From a virus (taxonomy: Duplodnaviria > Caudoviricetes), in IMG/VR virus record IMGVR_UViG_3300009566_000010, positions 1 to 27,429 of that record: a stretch of DNA of 27,429 nt. One strand, given 5' to 3'. The number at the start of each line of letters is the position of its first letter. The first letter of the stretch is position 1. Below the pieces are notes generated by a model. The model saw only the letters and a program-made list of their open reading frames with translations, was not told the DNA's origin and made no database searches. A program made the translations under genes and the position numbers. Below are positions 1 to 8,792 of the stretch, piece after piece.

Positions 1-1071
1 TTCAGCTTCAGGATCTCCTAATCCTCGTGAAAATGCTCTGATTACCTGCTCCCCACTAATTAATCCATTGCTTGCTTTATTTATTGAAACCGCAAGCGTT
101 GTCAAATCTTCATTAGCTTTACCCGTTGCACCACCCAAAAATGCTGCTTGTTGCGAATATTTCTCAACCGAATCGGTGCTAACGGCAAATCTATTAGCCA
201 AATCGGTTGCAAATTGTCCCGTTCTTTCTAATTGCTGCTCCAAAGCCGCACCTTCAAGTCCCGCTTGTTTAAAACCTAATTTCAGCGATTCTGCCATCTC
301 CATATCTTCTTTACCCGCAGCCAACACACTTTCCAAGCTGCCAACTAGTCCTTGCAATCCACCTGCCATCATAGTGCCGCCAAAAACTTGCAAAACTCCT
401 TTGAACATCTCCCCGAAATTCATTCCTGCGAATTTCTGTTGCATTCCTTTGCCGAGTTCCGCACCTGCTTGCTCCCCGATTTTTTTAGCTTCTTTTGGAA
501 TTTTCGTCCCGTCAATTTGAGGTGCAATTTTAGCCTGAGTTCCTGCCGCTCCCTTTAAGCTATCAAGTAATTGTTTAGTTTTGGTAAGTTCTCCTTCAAG
601 CTGAATGTATTCAGCACTTCCAGCGTTGCCTGCGGCAGCTAACTCTGTTAATGCCTTCTCTTGAACATTGACTGCTTGCTCTGCTTCTGCAATGATTTTG
701 TCAAGCTCTATTGATGCCCCTTGAAATGCACTTACCATAGTACTTACATCTACACCACTATTTAAAACCGTTTCCAAATCCACAGCAGATGTAATTAATT
801 GCTCAAGTTCTGCATTTGCAGCATTTGCATTCAAATTCAAATCAATCCCGGATAATGCATTTTTGAATTCGATGCCTTTGGCAGTCATATTATCCATTTC
901 CTTAAATAATCCTTGCAATTGCGATTTGACCGCATTAGTATCAATCTTTATCTCTGGATTGAGCTTTTGTATGACCAAAGTTATATTATTTATAAATTGG
1001 TCGAGCTGTGCTTTATTGGATTTCAAATTTATAAGTAAATCCAGCACTAATTGGAGGTTATTTGAAGCCAT
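1..1071 (-). CDS. Tail tape measure protein, N-terminal part (continues beyond position 1; missing from the ORF track)
   Basis: ATG at 1071 with AGGAG at 1080-1076; open to the window edge (MASNNLQLVLDLLINLK...); Ala/Gly/Gln-rich helical composition; directly follows the tail chaperone. Confidence 0.85.
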   Translation of the reverse strand, partial: MASNNLQLVLDLLINLKSNKAQLDQFINNITLVIQKLNPEIKIDTNAVKSQLQGLFKEMDNMTAKGIEFKNALSGIDLNLNANAANAELEQLITSAVDLETVLNSGVDVSTMVSAFQGASIELDKIIAEAEQAVNVQEKALTELAAAGNAGSAEYIQLEGELTKTKQLLDSLKGAAGTQAKIAPQIDGTKIPKEAKKIGEQAGAELGKGMQQKFAGMNFGEMFKGVLQVFGGTMMAGGLQGLVGSLESVLAAGKEDMEMAESLKLGFKQAGLEGAALEQQLERTGQFATDLANRFAVSTDSVEKYSQQAAFLGGATGKANEDLTTLAVSINKASNGLISGEQVIRAFSRGLGDPEAE

Positions 1072-1079
1072 TTTGCTCC

Positions 1080-1400
1080 TTAATTTTCTAATAACAATTT
1101 GATAGCAGTTATAATATCTGCGTATCTTGTTTTTCTCAATTTTTCATATTGCCAAGCATTTTGCCTCGCAATAGCAGTTATATACCAACATTCTTGCAAT
1201 GCCTTATTTAATCGACGTCGCAATTCACCTGCCCGGTAAAGATTTTGCAATTTCAATTTCTCTTTCATAAATTTGTCGCGTCTTTGCCGGTCAATATCAT
1301 TTTCATAATTAATTGTAATAACATCGCGGTTCCGTCTTGCTTCAGCTCTTTTTGCCAATAATTCGAGCTCAGTGTTGGTTTCCCGTACAAAGAAAAAAAA
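1080..1400 (-). CDS. -1 frameshift extension of the tail assembly chaperone (lambda gpT-like segment); track ORF 1080..1358
   Basis: Lies in the -1 frame relative to 1265..1753; open from the T-run at 1400 (TGA immediately before it at 1403-1401) to the stop at 1080, just before the tape measure gene. Confidence 0.75.
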   Translation of the reverse strand, partial: FFFFVRETNTELELLAKRAEARRNRDVITINYENDIDRQRRDKFMKEKLKLQNLYRAGELRRRLNKALQECWYITAIARQNAWQYEKLRKTRYADIITAIKLLLEN

Positions 1401-1753
1401 TCATTTATGCATGCCTCCAGCTTTTCGAATTCTGCCCTCGGCAAATTCTTTACAAAATTCAAAACATCAATCTCAGCCTTGTCCCTGTTAAAATCCTTTA
1501 ATTCTCCCTTACCATCAATTTCTCTTAACAAATAACTGGCAATTAGCATCAGCCAATCCACACCACCGCTCCTGAGTAATTCTTGAAAAGTCCCCGCGGG
1601 TGCTTGCATCTGATTCCGCCTAAATTCTGCAACTTCGGTCGCTAATACTACCTGCTCTATTGTTAGCTTATCGTTGTCGTATTTATATGTTTTCCCATTA
1701 TTTTCGAAAATAACAGGCTCAATATCTAAATATTCTCGCATTTCATTATCCAT
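1265..1753 (-). CDS. Tail assembly chaperone (lambda gpG-like)
   Basis: 162-aa acidic helical protein upstream of the tape measure gene, with an in-frame slippery heptamer GAT TTT TTT. Confidence 0.7.
   Translation of the reverse strand: MDNEMREYLDIEPVIFENNGKTYKYDNDKLTIEQVVLATEVAEFRRNQMQAPAGTFQELLRSGGVDWLMLIASYLLREIDGKGELKDFNRDKAEIDVLNFVKNLPRAEFEKLEACINDFFSLYGKPTLSSNYWQKELKQDGTAMLLQLIMKMILTGKDATNL
1394..1400 (-). promoter_or_regulatory. Programmed -1 ribosomal frameshift slippery site T TTT TTT
   Basis: X XXY YYZ heptamer correctly phased in codons D-F-F; the -1 frame opens exactly here. Confidence 0.75.
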
Positions 1754-1766
1754 TTCGTCTCTTTAT

Positions 1767-2288
1767 TTAATTAATTAAATCCGTTAAATTTTTTTGAAAA
1801 GCATTTATAGTTATTTTTAATCTTGGTCGCCATTGCACCGATTCAATTTCCCAATTTACACCTACATTCCCATTTAAGTTGCATAAAAATATTTGCTGTG
1901 ATAAATCTGTTGCATTTATTAAACCGCCAACTGGGGGCATTGCACCCTTACTGCCACCCGAGTTGAGCATAATATGGATATGTTCAGCAGAATCGGCATT
2001 CGTCACGTGTGATTTATTGCAGAACCAATTCAATCGTTCCAACATACCGTTGTTTTTATAATCGTTGTGCGGCACATAGATCGTCGCTTGCACTTGATAC
2101 CCTAATACACGTTGCATCCCCCTATCGTCATTTCTTATATACTGAGCGATGCTATAGCTCGATTCAGCTTCTAAGTCCCAAATCCACAAATCATAATCAT
2201 CTATATTTACTCCGTCAAATTGAATCATTTTGATCGGAATTAGATGGATTTTTCCACCACTCCCCGATAACACCAATGGTAACGCCAT
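1767..2288 (-). CDS. Putative tail structural protein
   Basis: 173 aa, alternating hydrophobic (beta-strand-like) pattern; within the tail module. Confidence 0.5.
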   Translation of the reverse strand: MALPLVLSGSGGKIHLIPIKMIQFDGVNIDDYDLWIWDLEAESSYSIAQYIRNDDRGMQRVLGYQVQATIYVPHNDYKNNGMLERLNWFCNKSHVTNADSAEHIHIMLNSGGSKGAMPPVGGLINATDLSQQIFLCNLNGNVGVNWEIESVQWRPRLKITINAFQKNLTDLIN

Positions 2289-2315
2289 AATTTATTATTT
2301 ATAATTTATAATTCA

Positions 2316-2735
2316 TTATAATTCCGGTTGCGCATAGCTAAATTTCATTACAATTTCGGGCAAATCAATTATATCGTCAAGATATGAAAGTGGCATTGCG
2401 CCCCCGTCAGTAATTACCTCTCGATAGTCTTCACCCGTTGTATCTGTAAGTAAAAATGAGATATATTTATAATTAGCCAACCAAAAAGCTTCAATAAAAC
2501 TCAAAGCGCCACTACCTGCTAATTCATCTGCACTAATTATCAATTCAAATTCCCTATGCGCCCATTTTTTATGAGCATATTGCCGGCCATTCAAACATTT
2601 GCCCGCTTCAACTTCAACATTCGGAACTGCCTTAGTTATTTTCAAACATTTAAATAAATATTGTTCCCCCGCTTCAAAATCGAAGACCAGGCTTGTAAGT
2701 GGCACATCTGAATATCTTAACGCAATTCTCAACAT
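2316..2735 (-). CDS. Putative minor/distal tail protein
   Basis: 139 aa in the tail module; 'CLNGRQY...REFELII' pattern resembles distal-tail-type proteins (weak). Confidence 0.45.
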   Translation of the reverse strand: MLRIALRYSDVPLTSLVFDFEAGEQYLFKCLKITKAVPNVEVEAGKCLNGRQYAHKKWAHREFELIISADELAGSGALSFIEAFWLANYKYISFLLTDTTGEDYREVITDGGAMPLSYLDDIIDLPEIVMKFSYAQPEL

Positions 2736-2742
2736 AATTTTT

Positions 2743-2777
2743 TTAATTCTTAATTATTAATTCTTAATTCTTAATTT
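2743..2777. repeat. Tandem 7-bp repeat TTAATT(C/A/T) x5 in a spacer
   Basis: ttaattc ttaatta ttaattc ttaattc ttaattt read directly. Confidence 0.7.
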
Positions 2778-5229
2778 ACATCGGGGGAGGTAAAACCCCT
2801 CCTTCGTATGCAATTTCAGCAATATCCAGCATAAATGAATGCTCGCCCGTTGTCTTGCCAAGCCTCAGCATTAAATCTTCTGTATAATTAGGTTCGGATA
2901 AAATCTCTTCAGTAATATTCAACTCACTCAAATTTGTGCGGCACCATATCATTTTGCCGACATCAGCAAATTGATAATCCTCACAATAAACTTCACCAGT
3001 TGTCTGCACAGGAATTATATCATTTCCGATTCCTGCTTGCAATGAAATCCCACAAATCTTGCCATAATATCCGCTGAAGCTTCTTGCTTTGATAATAATA
3101 CCTTCCGATACAATTTGAACTGCATCTCCTTTCAAAATAGTTTCACCATCCGCAATTTGAAAAACCTGTATCTTCTGAGAATTATAATCTTGTTCAGTTT
3201 CCGGAATCGGAGCTGAAACATAACCAGGCAATTCCCCTATATTTCCATCCCAATCTGAAAAAGAGAATCGCTCTGAATTTTGCAATTTCAATTTTGTCTC
3301 GGGCTTTTGTAAATTAATTTCAATCCCTACAACAGTGTAAATTCGATCCGATTCAATTTCTTGCCATTCATCTGCGATATAATCCCGCAATTTCTCTTTG
3401 ATTTTAACCTGACTGCCCAATTTGATATTTTTCCAGCTTTTATCCGATCCATCGGCATATTTTGAAAATCCATTCCAAAACGGCACTGTTAAGCTATATT
3501 CGGTTTCATAGTAATGCTCATCTCGTCCAATTAAATAATTGATATAATTTGACAAAGTATCAAACACTAAATTTACGCCGTTATGTTTTGCATAAACCCA
3601 GGCAGCTGGACGATAAACTATGGCATCGCTGCCTAAATATTGTATTTGCGATGCTTCGAATGTTGGTGTTGCAACATAAATAGCAGTATGCAATAACTCA
3701 TATGATGGTATCCAGAAATTCTTATAACCATCAAAAATTTGCTCGATTTTCTTGATATTCCAATTATCTGCAAAATGTGTTAAATTTAGTGGGTACAACC
3801 ATTCCATAACTCCACCTCCGCCGATATTTGCCTCAATTTTTTGTAGTGTCTGTGACAACGACAATAATAATCTTTCTATAACGATTTGTCTATTTTCTTT
3901 TAATTTTGCTAAACTATTCGCCTCTTGCTCAAATTTTACAGTTTGTTGTAATTCTTTTGTTTGTTTATTTACGGTTCTAAATTTAATTACATCATCGCCC
4001 TCAGCTGCTAAATCATTCGCACCCGCATAATATTGCGCCGCTTCAGAACTTATCACTGAACTCGTATCTAAATTGGCATCAGAAACACCTTTGATATAAG
4101 TAAATTCCAATTCATTAATTTCTTCGCGTGTTTTAAATTCGATTATTACATTATTTACAGCACCGTATTTTATAAAAACAAAACAGCCCAGCGACTTTGC
4201 AATACCAGCAAGCATATCTGCTATGTTGTCATATTTTCGAAATGAATATTCATTTTCTCCATTTATCAAATTGGCGATTTGAAAATCATTTTTGTCATCT
4301 TCTATATATCCCATTGCTGGGTCTATCATTTTGCGACTTACAAATATTCTGCTTATTCCATTTTGATAATCTACTCCGGGTTGCGCCGATAATTTTAATT
4401 TCAATCTACTACTTATATTTGGCCATTGACTATTAATTGATCCTTGCAAGTTATCATATTGGTCGCCTTCGATTATATCATATCCCATTGGATTAGTTTG
4501 AAAATCTAATATTGTATCCTGTATTAAAAAATTAAAATTGGTCCCAATCAATTCAGATATTGCTGCTGCTGTATATTGCAAAAATGTCTGTAAAATTTTT
4601 CCCAAATCACCAAGAGGCGAAAAAAAATAATTCTCCTGTAAAATACCTTTTCGAATTTGATATGCTTGTCGATAAACAAATATAGCTTGCCACTCGCTTA
4701 AAGGAATTCGTTCATAAATAGAATTTGCTTTTGTTCCATCGGGCAAATCAATTTTGCTGTTCAATTTAATTTTTTCCAGTAGACTTAAATCGAAGCTATG
4801 CGCTGTGAATTTATATTCACCCGCAGGATAAACTTCAACTGCAAATTGTCCCCCACTCCAAATAATATCATCTCTGCTGAATTTGTCCGAAATTTTGCCT
4901 ATAAATAATATAGAAGCTAGGTCTATAGCATCATTCATAAATAAAGCACAATAGCGATTCTTTGTAATATCCGATGCTTGCTTGATGAATGAAAGTGCAT
5001 TTAAATCATTCTCTTTGCCTGCTAATTCATTTATGCTAAATCTTAATTCATCAATTGCAAATTGCCCATTTCCCGAATCTAAATTTTTTTGGATATTATC
5101 AAGCAAACAAACATCAATTTCACTCCCGCCCTCAACAAATAATTCCTCATAATTATCTGAAAGAACAAAAAGCACGGGCTGCTCACCAAACCCGTGCTCG
5201 AAAAAACTATATTTTTGCCAAAATCTCAA
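2776..5229 (-). CDS. Large tail (tip/hub-like) protein with a C-terminal cement/DUF2190-like domain
   Basis: 817 aa, TTG start preceded by GAGGT; in the tail module; C-terminal 'GETILKGDAV...GISLQAG...IPVQTTGEV' pattern. Confidence 0.55.
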   Translation of the reverse strand: MRFWQKYSFFEHGFGEQPVLFVLSDNYEELFVEGGSEIDVCLLDNIQKNLDSGNGQFAIDELRFSINELAGKENDLNALSFIKQASDITKNRYCALFMNDAIDLASILFIGKISDKFSRDDIIWSGGQFAVEVYPAGEYKFTAHSFDLSLLEKIKLNSKIDLPDGTKANSIYERIPLSEWQAIFVYRQAYQIRKGILQENYFFSPLGDLGKILQTFLQYTAAAISELIGTNFNFLIQDTILDFQTNPMGYDIIEGDQYDNLQGSINSQWPNISSRLKLKLSAQPGVDYQNGISRIFVSRKMIDPAMGYIEDDKNDFQIANLINGENEYSFRKYDNIADMLAGIAKSLGCFVFIKYGAVNNVIIEFKTREEINELEFTYIKGVSDANLDTSSVISSEAAQYYAGANDLAAEGDDVIKFRTVNKQTKELQQTVKFEQEANSLAKLKENRQIVIERLLLSLSQTLQKIEANIGGGGVMEWLYPLNLTHFADNWNIKKIEQIFDGYKNFWIPSYELLHTAIYVATPTFEASQIQYLGSDAIVYRPAAWVYAKHNGVNLVFDTLSNYINYLIGRDEHYYETEYSLTVPFWNGFSKYADGSDKSWKNIKLGSQVKIKEKLRDYIADEWQEIESDRIYTVVGIEINLQKPETKLKLQNSERFSFSDWDGNIGELPGYVSAPIPETEQDYNSQKIQVFQIADGETILKGDAVQIVSEGIIIKARSFSGYYGKICGISLQAGIGNDIIPVQTTGEVYCEDYQFADVGKMIWCRTNLSELNITEEILSEPNYTEDLMLRLGKTTGEHSFMLDIAEIAYEGGVLPPPM

Positions 5230-5230
5230 T

Positions 5231-5337
5231 AGATACCTCGCTATGCTCTGAATGATAACTTTTGAACATTGTCATCCCGAACGAAGTGAGGAATCCACCG
5301 CCATGGGTAGAGATTCCTCGCAAGGTTCGCAATAACA
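5231..5337. repeat. Palindromic REP/MITE-like element (TGTCATYCYGAA...GAATC family), three half-units
   Basis: TGTCATCCCGAACGAAGTGAGGAATC (5270-5295) flanked by degenerate inverted copies at 5231-5257 and 5312-5337; same family as 8724-8792. Confidence 0.75.
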
Positions 5338-5354
5338 TCTTTTGAACTCAATTT

Positions 5355-6071
5355 TTAAGCATAAGTATACGTAACATTTGGCTTAATTACTAATTTCCCC
5401 GCCAGCAAATCAGCTGCTTCATCCGCCGTAATCGCATCAGGCGCCATCCCTGTGGCATCATATCCAGTGCCTCCAAGCTTCCAAGTAATGTCTGGAATAA
5501 CTAACGAGGTTAAATCCGTTGCTACCAGGGTCGAATTTTTATATGAACTAAATGTCAGTGTTAAAGACTTTGGATGATCGCTTACTCCTTCGATATCGTT
5601 TGTAATTTTGCCAAGCAAAACAACAAAACCATCAGCACTCTTTAAATTTGTTTTTGAATCGTGGCTAAATCCCGTGCCTACAATTACTAAAAATAGTTCA
5701 TCTCTATTTGCCAACACATCTTTATAAAATGCCGACATCGAATTGCTTTCAACTGCGCCTTCATTTGTAACCAATGTTATTTCACCAAGTTTTGTTTCGT
5801 CACTTGATGTACCTGCCACAATTTCCTCCGTGACACCGTCCAATACTAGCGTTTCAGCGGGAAAGCGATACTTTGCTCCATCGCCACGTTCAATATCCAA
5901 ATTGTCTCCGGTGGCTGCTGATTCAGGCGATGGCGCCTTCCAGCTCCCCGGCTTTAAATTGTCAAATGACCATTTCAATGCTAATTTTGGCGTTGCTGTC
6001 AAATCGACTTTGTAAACCCATCCAAGTGGGAAATCATATAACAAAATTTTCTTTGCAACTGTTGTACTCAT
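5355..6071 (-). CDS. Probable major tail (tube) protein
   Basis: 238 aa, Thr/Ser/Asp-rich, AAAGGAG RBS, followed by hairpins, upstream of the tail genes; assignment by size and context. Confidence 0.55.
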   Translation of the reverse strand: MSTTVAKKILLYDFPLGWVYKVDLTATPKLALKWSFDNLKPGSWKAPSPESAATGDNLDIERGDGAKYRFPAETLVLDGVTEEIVAGTSSDETKLGEITLVTNEGAVESNSMSAFYKDVLANRDELFLVIVGTGFSHDSKTNLKSADGFVVLLGKITNDIEGVSDHPKSLTLTFSSYKNSTLVATDLTSLVIPDITWKLGGTGYDATGMAPDAITADEAADLLAGKLVIKPNVTYTYA

Positions 6072-6108
6072 AATTTTTCTCCTTTAAATTTTTTATTTAA
6101 TAATTTTT

Positions 6109-6837
6109 TTATCTAAATATAATCCCATGATTTCTCAATTCTGCTAAAATAATATTATGGTCTTTGATTAAATTTTGGACAATTCCTCTTAACCACGTAT
6201 CCATCGCCGCGGACGGGTAGATAATTGGTTGACCCGCAACGAAATCCGGTATCGCATTTCCAATTCCCATCTTTTTCAATTTACCGGAATCTTGACCATC
6301 CCAATATAGCAATTCTGCTGTCGGTTGCGGGTTGGTTGAAATGTTGGGTGGCGGACATCCAGCATTAATCCGATAATCTCTATTATAAGAAAATAATTCA
6401 ATCCTTTCACCAGGGTCATAGCATTCTAATAAAATACCATAATCATATATTTTTATGCCATTAGCGTTTGTTTTATGCATGTCTATATAATCAGATAACA
6501 TCGTAATTTCATTCCCTTGAGTAAATGCCCCAGCGGTTGATAATTCAATAATATTAGCACCTGTATTCTGTATTACTACATTAGGCGACAGAAAATGAAT
6601 ATACCCACCGACTGTATCGTTAATATGTATTTCATCATATTGTCCTATTTCTAAGATCAGTGTTTCTGAATTTACCTCACGCAATACTCCCTGTGGCAAC
6701 ACTGGAATTCCATCTTCACCAGCTACTAAAACGTTATAGATATTAGGATCTCCAGACGCTAAATTAGGATATACTTCACTGTATGCAGTTCCTGTATCGT
6801 CTTTGTTTTGATGCATTATGATGTCATATAAAGCCAT
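6109..6837 (-). CDS. Putative virion fibre/structural protein
   Basis: 242 aa; N-terminus resembles that of 6841..7599; C-terminal 'NIILAELRNHGII' helix typical of fibre ends. Confidence 0.5.
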   Translation of the reverse strand: MALYDIIMHQNKDDTGTAYSEVYPNLASGDPNIYNVLVAGEDGIPVLPQGVLREVNSETLILEIGQYDEIHINDTVGGYIHFLSPNVVIQNTGANIIELSTAGAFTQGNEITMLSDYIDMHKTNANGIKIYDYGILLECYDPGERIELFSYNRDYRINAGCPPPNISTNPQPTAELLYWDGQDSGKLKKMGIGNAIPDFVAGQPIIYPSAAMDTWLRGIVQNLIKDHNIILAELRNHGIIFR

Positions 6838-6840
6838 AAT

Positions 6841-7599
6841 TTATGCCCAAGTTGCTAAGGATGTTCTTTTCCAGCTGTTTGTAGCTACACAAATATAAAA
6901 GTAATTGCTGTCGAATGCAACACTATTTGCCACCCCCGTTGATGTAGGTGAAGTTGGAGCTGTTACCCACTTTAATGCTCCACCAATCTTCAAAGTCACA
7001 GCACCAGCGGTAACAGTGAAGTCATTCGTGTCGAAACTTGCTACTCCCTTTGTAGTTGTTGTAGCATCTTTAATTGTAACTGCACCTGCCGTGACTGTGA
7101 ATAGATTAGTGTCAAAGCTTGCAACACCTTTAACAGTAGTAGTAGCGTCTGCAACTGAAAGTGTGATGTAATCACCACCGTCGGTTTTAGATAACGCTCC
7201 AGTTACTCTCAAAGCACCTGTGCTATTTGTTGCACCTAAATAATCACCTGTTGCTGCTGAATCTACTGCCACTTTCTTATCTATTGCACCCGCAAGTAAA
7301 TCTGTAACTGTTGCCTTCTTGATAGCACCGCCTTGACTTATAACAACTAAATCAGCACCCGCAGGTGTGCCCGCAGACAAGCCTGCAATATCAAATTTAA
7401 GCACTATACCTGTTGTATCATCAATTACAATAGGAGCTATTGAAGTCGCTTTCACCAAGCTATAATCAGATGTGCCTGTATTCCATTTAGCACCCCACAA
7501 CCCTGTGCCCGACTCTCCAAGGGGCATAACAATTTCAGAAAATTGTTCTCCTGTTGTTGCAAGGTTAATATGCAACTGTATATCAAATTTTGCTGCCAT
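6841..7599 (-). CDS. Fibre-like virion protein with two 27-aa repeats
   Basis: DATTT[V/T]KGVASFDTN[L/D]FTVTAGAVT x2; C-terminal 'DSNYFYICVATNSWKR' motif seen in phage fibre proteins. Confidence 0.65.
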   Translation of the reverse strand: MAAKFDIQLHINLATTGEQFSEIVMPLGESGTGLWGAKWNTGTSDYSLVKATSIAPIVIDDTTGIVLKFDIAGLSAGTPAGADLVVISQGGAIKKATVTDLLAGAIDKKVAVDSAATGDYLGATNSTGALRVTGALSKTDGGDYITLSVADATTTVKGVASFDTNLFTVTAGAVTIKDATTTTKGVASFDTNDFTVTAGAVTLKIGGALKWVTAPTSPTSTGVANSVAFDSNYFYICVATNSWKRTSLATWA

Positions 7600-7600
7600 C

Positions 7601-7864
7601 TTATTCCTCCCTTAATTCATATATTAAATTCCATTCTAGTTCAGCATCAATTTCTTTAACGTCAGGATTGCTGAAGACGTCAATTAAATTTCGCAATAAT
7701 TTCAAATAATTTTCCCTGTTGATTTTTGAAGTTATCTTTAAATTTTGACTTTCACAAATTGTTTCAATTTCAAGTTTTACGCTATCTTTTTTTTGAGACA
7801 ATTCCTCATTCAACTTTTGCAATTCTTCCCGCAATTGTTTTTGTTTTAATAATTTTTCTTGCAT
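7601..7864 (-). CDS. Hypothetical coiled-coil protein
   Basis: 87 aa, ATG start, tightly packed in the operon. Confidence 0.55.
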   Translation of the reverse strand: MQEKLLKQKQLREELQKLNEELSQKKDSVKLEIETICESQNLKITSKINRENYLKLLRNLIDVFSNPDVKEIDAELEWNLIYELREE

Positions 7865-7902
7865 TTTTAAATCCTATTTTTTAAAATTTATAATTTCTAA
7901 TT

Positions 7903-8124
7903 TTAACTAATTATTGCCACGCCTATTCTTTTCCAGTCGCTTATTGCCTCATTCCATATATAAATATAGTCATCATCACGCGCTAGTTCTCCATCTAATG
8001 GATTGACGACGTCTGCTATATTTGGCAATATTATGCGAAATTGCCCGATAGGAATTTCCGAACCCTGTATTTGACCCGCAGATTCTACTCCAGTTTCCGT
8101 ATCTATTTTTCTGAATAATTTCAT
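7903..8124 (-). CDS. Small virion-associated protein
   Basis: 73 aa; 'DDDYIYIW...WKR' resembles the C-terminal motif of 6841..7599. Confidence 0.55.
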   Translation of the reverse strand: MKLFRKIDTETGVESAGQIQGSEIPIGQFRIILPNIADVVNPLDGELARDDDYIYIWNEAISDWKRIGVAIIS

Positions 8125-8149
8125 TCATTTTTTTCTATATTTTCAACTT

Positions 8150-8671
8150 TCATTTCTTGATTAAAATCATAAATACCGCACCGGCTAAAAATGACACAGG
8201 CATTGTAAAAGCAGGTTTTTCATACCAATTTTCTTTTTTAAATCCAAAATCTATATTTCTATTTATAATCTTAGTTGTATCTGTAATTAGCATAATTGTT
8301 GCACCGAATTGCAATTTTGCTAAATCAAAAATTTGTATTAAACTATCATTTCTTCCAGTAATTAATGTGTCAATAAATTCGATGCTTGCTGTCGTATCGA
8401 GCTTCCCCAACTCTGCAAGTAAACTGTCAATTTTGCCATAAACTCCAATGAGCTTAATGCTATCTTTTTTTGTTCGCAAAATAGGTTTTAAAGCAACTGC
8501 TGGGGTATCTGATTTTGCATTCATCTGCAAGATTTTGATGGAAACCGTCGTGTCTGTGTCAATTATTTTGCCGATGTCCGGAAAATAATCAAATCTAGCG
8601 CATTGAGAGATCAAACCACCGGCAATAGCTCCTATCAGAAATACAATTATATAAATGTAAATTTTGCTCAT
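8150..8671 (-). CDS. Putative spanin (unimolecular-spanin-like topology)
   Basis: ATG at 8671 (track starts at TTG 8680); N-terminal hydrophobic helix ending ISQC and a C-terminal TM helix followed by KK; downstream of the endolysin. Confidence 0.45.
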   Translation of the reverse strand: MSKIYIYIIVFLIGAIAGGLISQCARFDYFPDIGKIIDTDTTVSIKILQMNAKSDTPAVALKPILRTKKDSIKLIGVYGKIDSLLAELGKLDTTASIEFIDTLITGRNDSLIQIFDLAKLQFGATIMLITDTTKIINRNIDFGFKKENWYEKPAFTMPVSFLAGAVFMILIKK

Positions 8672-8693
8672 ATTTTTCAATTTTTAAATTATG

Positions 8694-8717
8694 GTGGCAC
8701 AAGCATCTTCGCTTGTG
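8694..8717 (+). repeat. REP-like palindrome GTGG-CACAAGC-ATCTTC-GCTTGTG (GTAG/GTGG-foot family)
   Basis: 7-bp stem; same arms as the copies at 20485-22933 but opposite orientation. Confidence 0.7.
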
Positions 8718-8723
8718 TTTCCC

Positions 8724-8792
8724 TGTCATTCTGAATGAAGTGAAGAATCCATTCTTTATAACTATAGATTCCTCATTTCATTCGGAATGACA
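8724..8792. repeat. 26-bp inverted-repeat REP/MITE-like element overlapping the endolysin 3' end
   Basis: TGTCATTCTGAATGAAGTGAAGAATC (8724-8749) / GATTCCTCATTTCATTCGGAATGACA (8767-8792), 3 differences between arms. Confidence 0.8.

Noticed and set aside
68-1102. + strand ORFs 68..520, 352..558 and 863..1102
   Set aside because: Antisense shadows of the tape measure gene, which is open on the - strand from 1071 to the window edge
1378-1384. GGGAAAC as the frameshift site
   Set aside because: It is phased GGG AAA C rather than G GGA AAC; the upstream T-run is correctly phased
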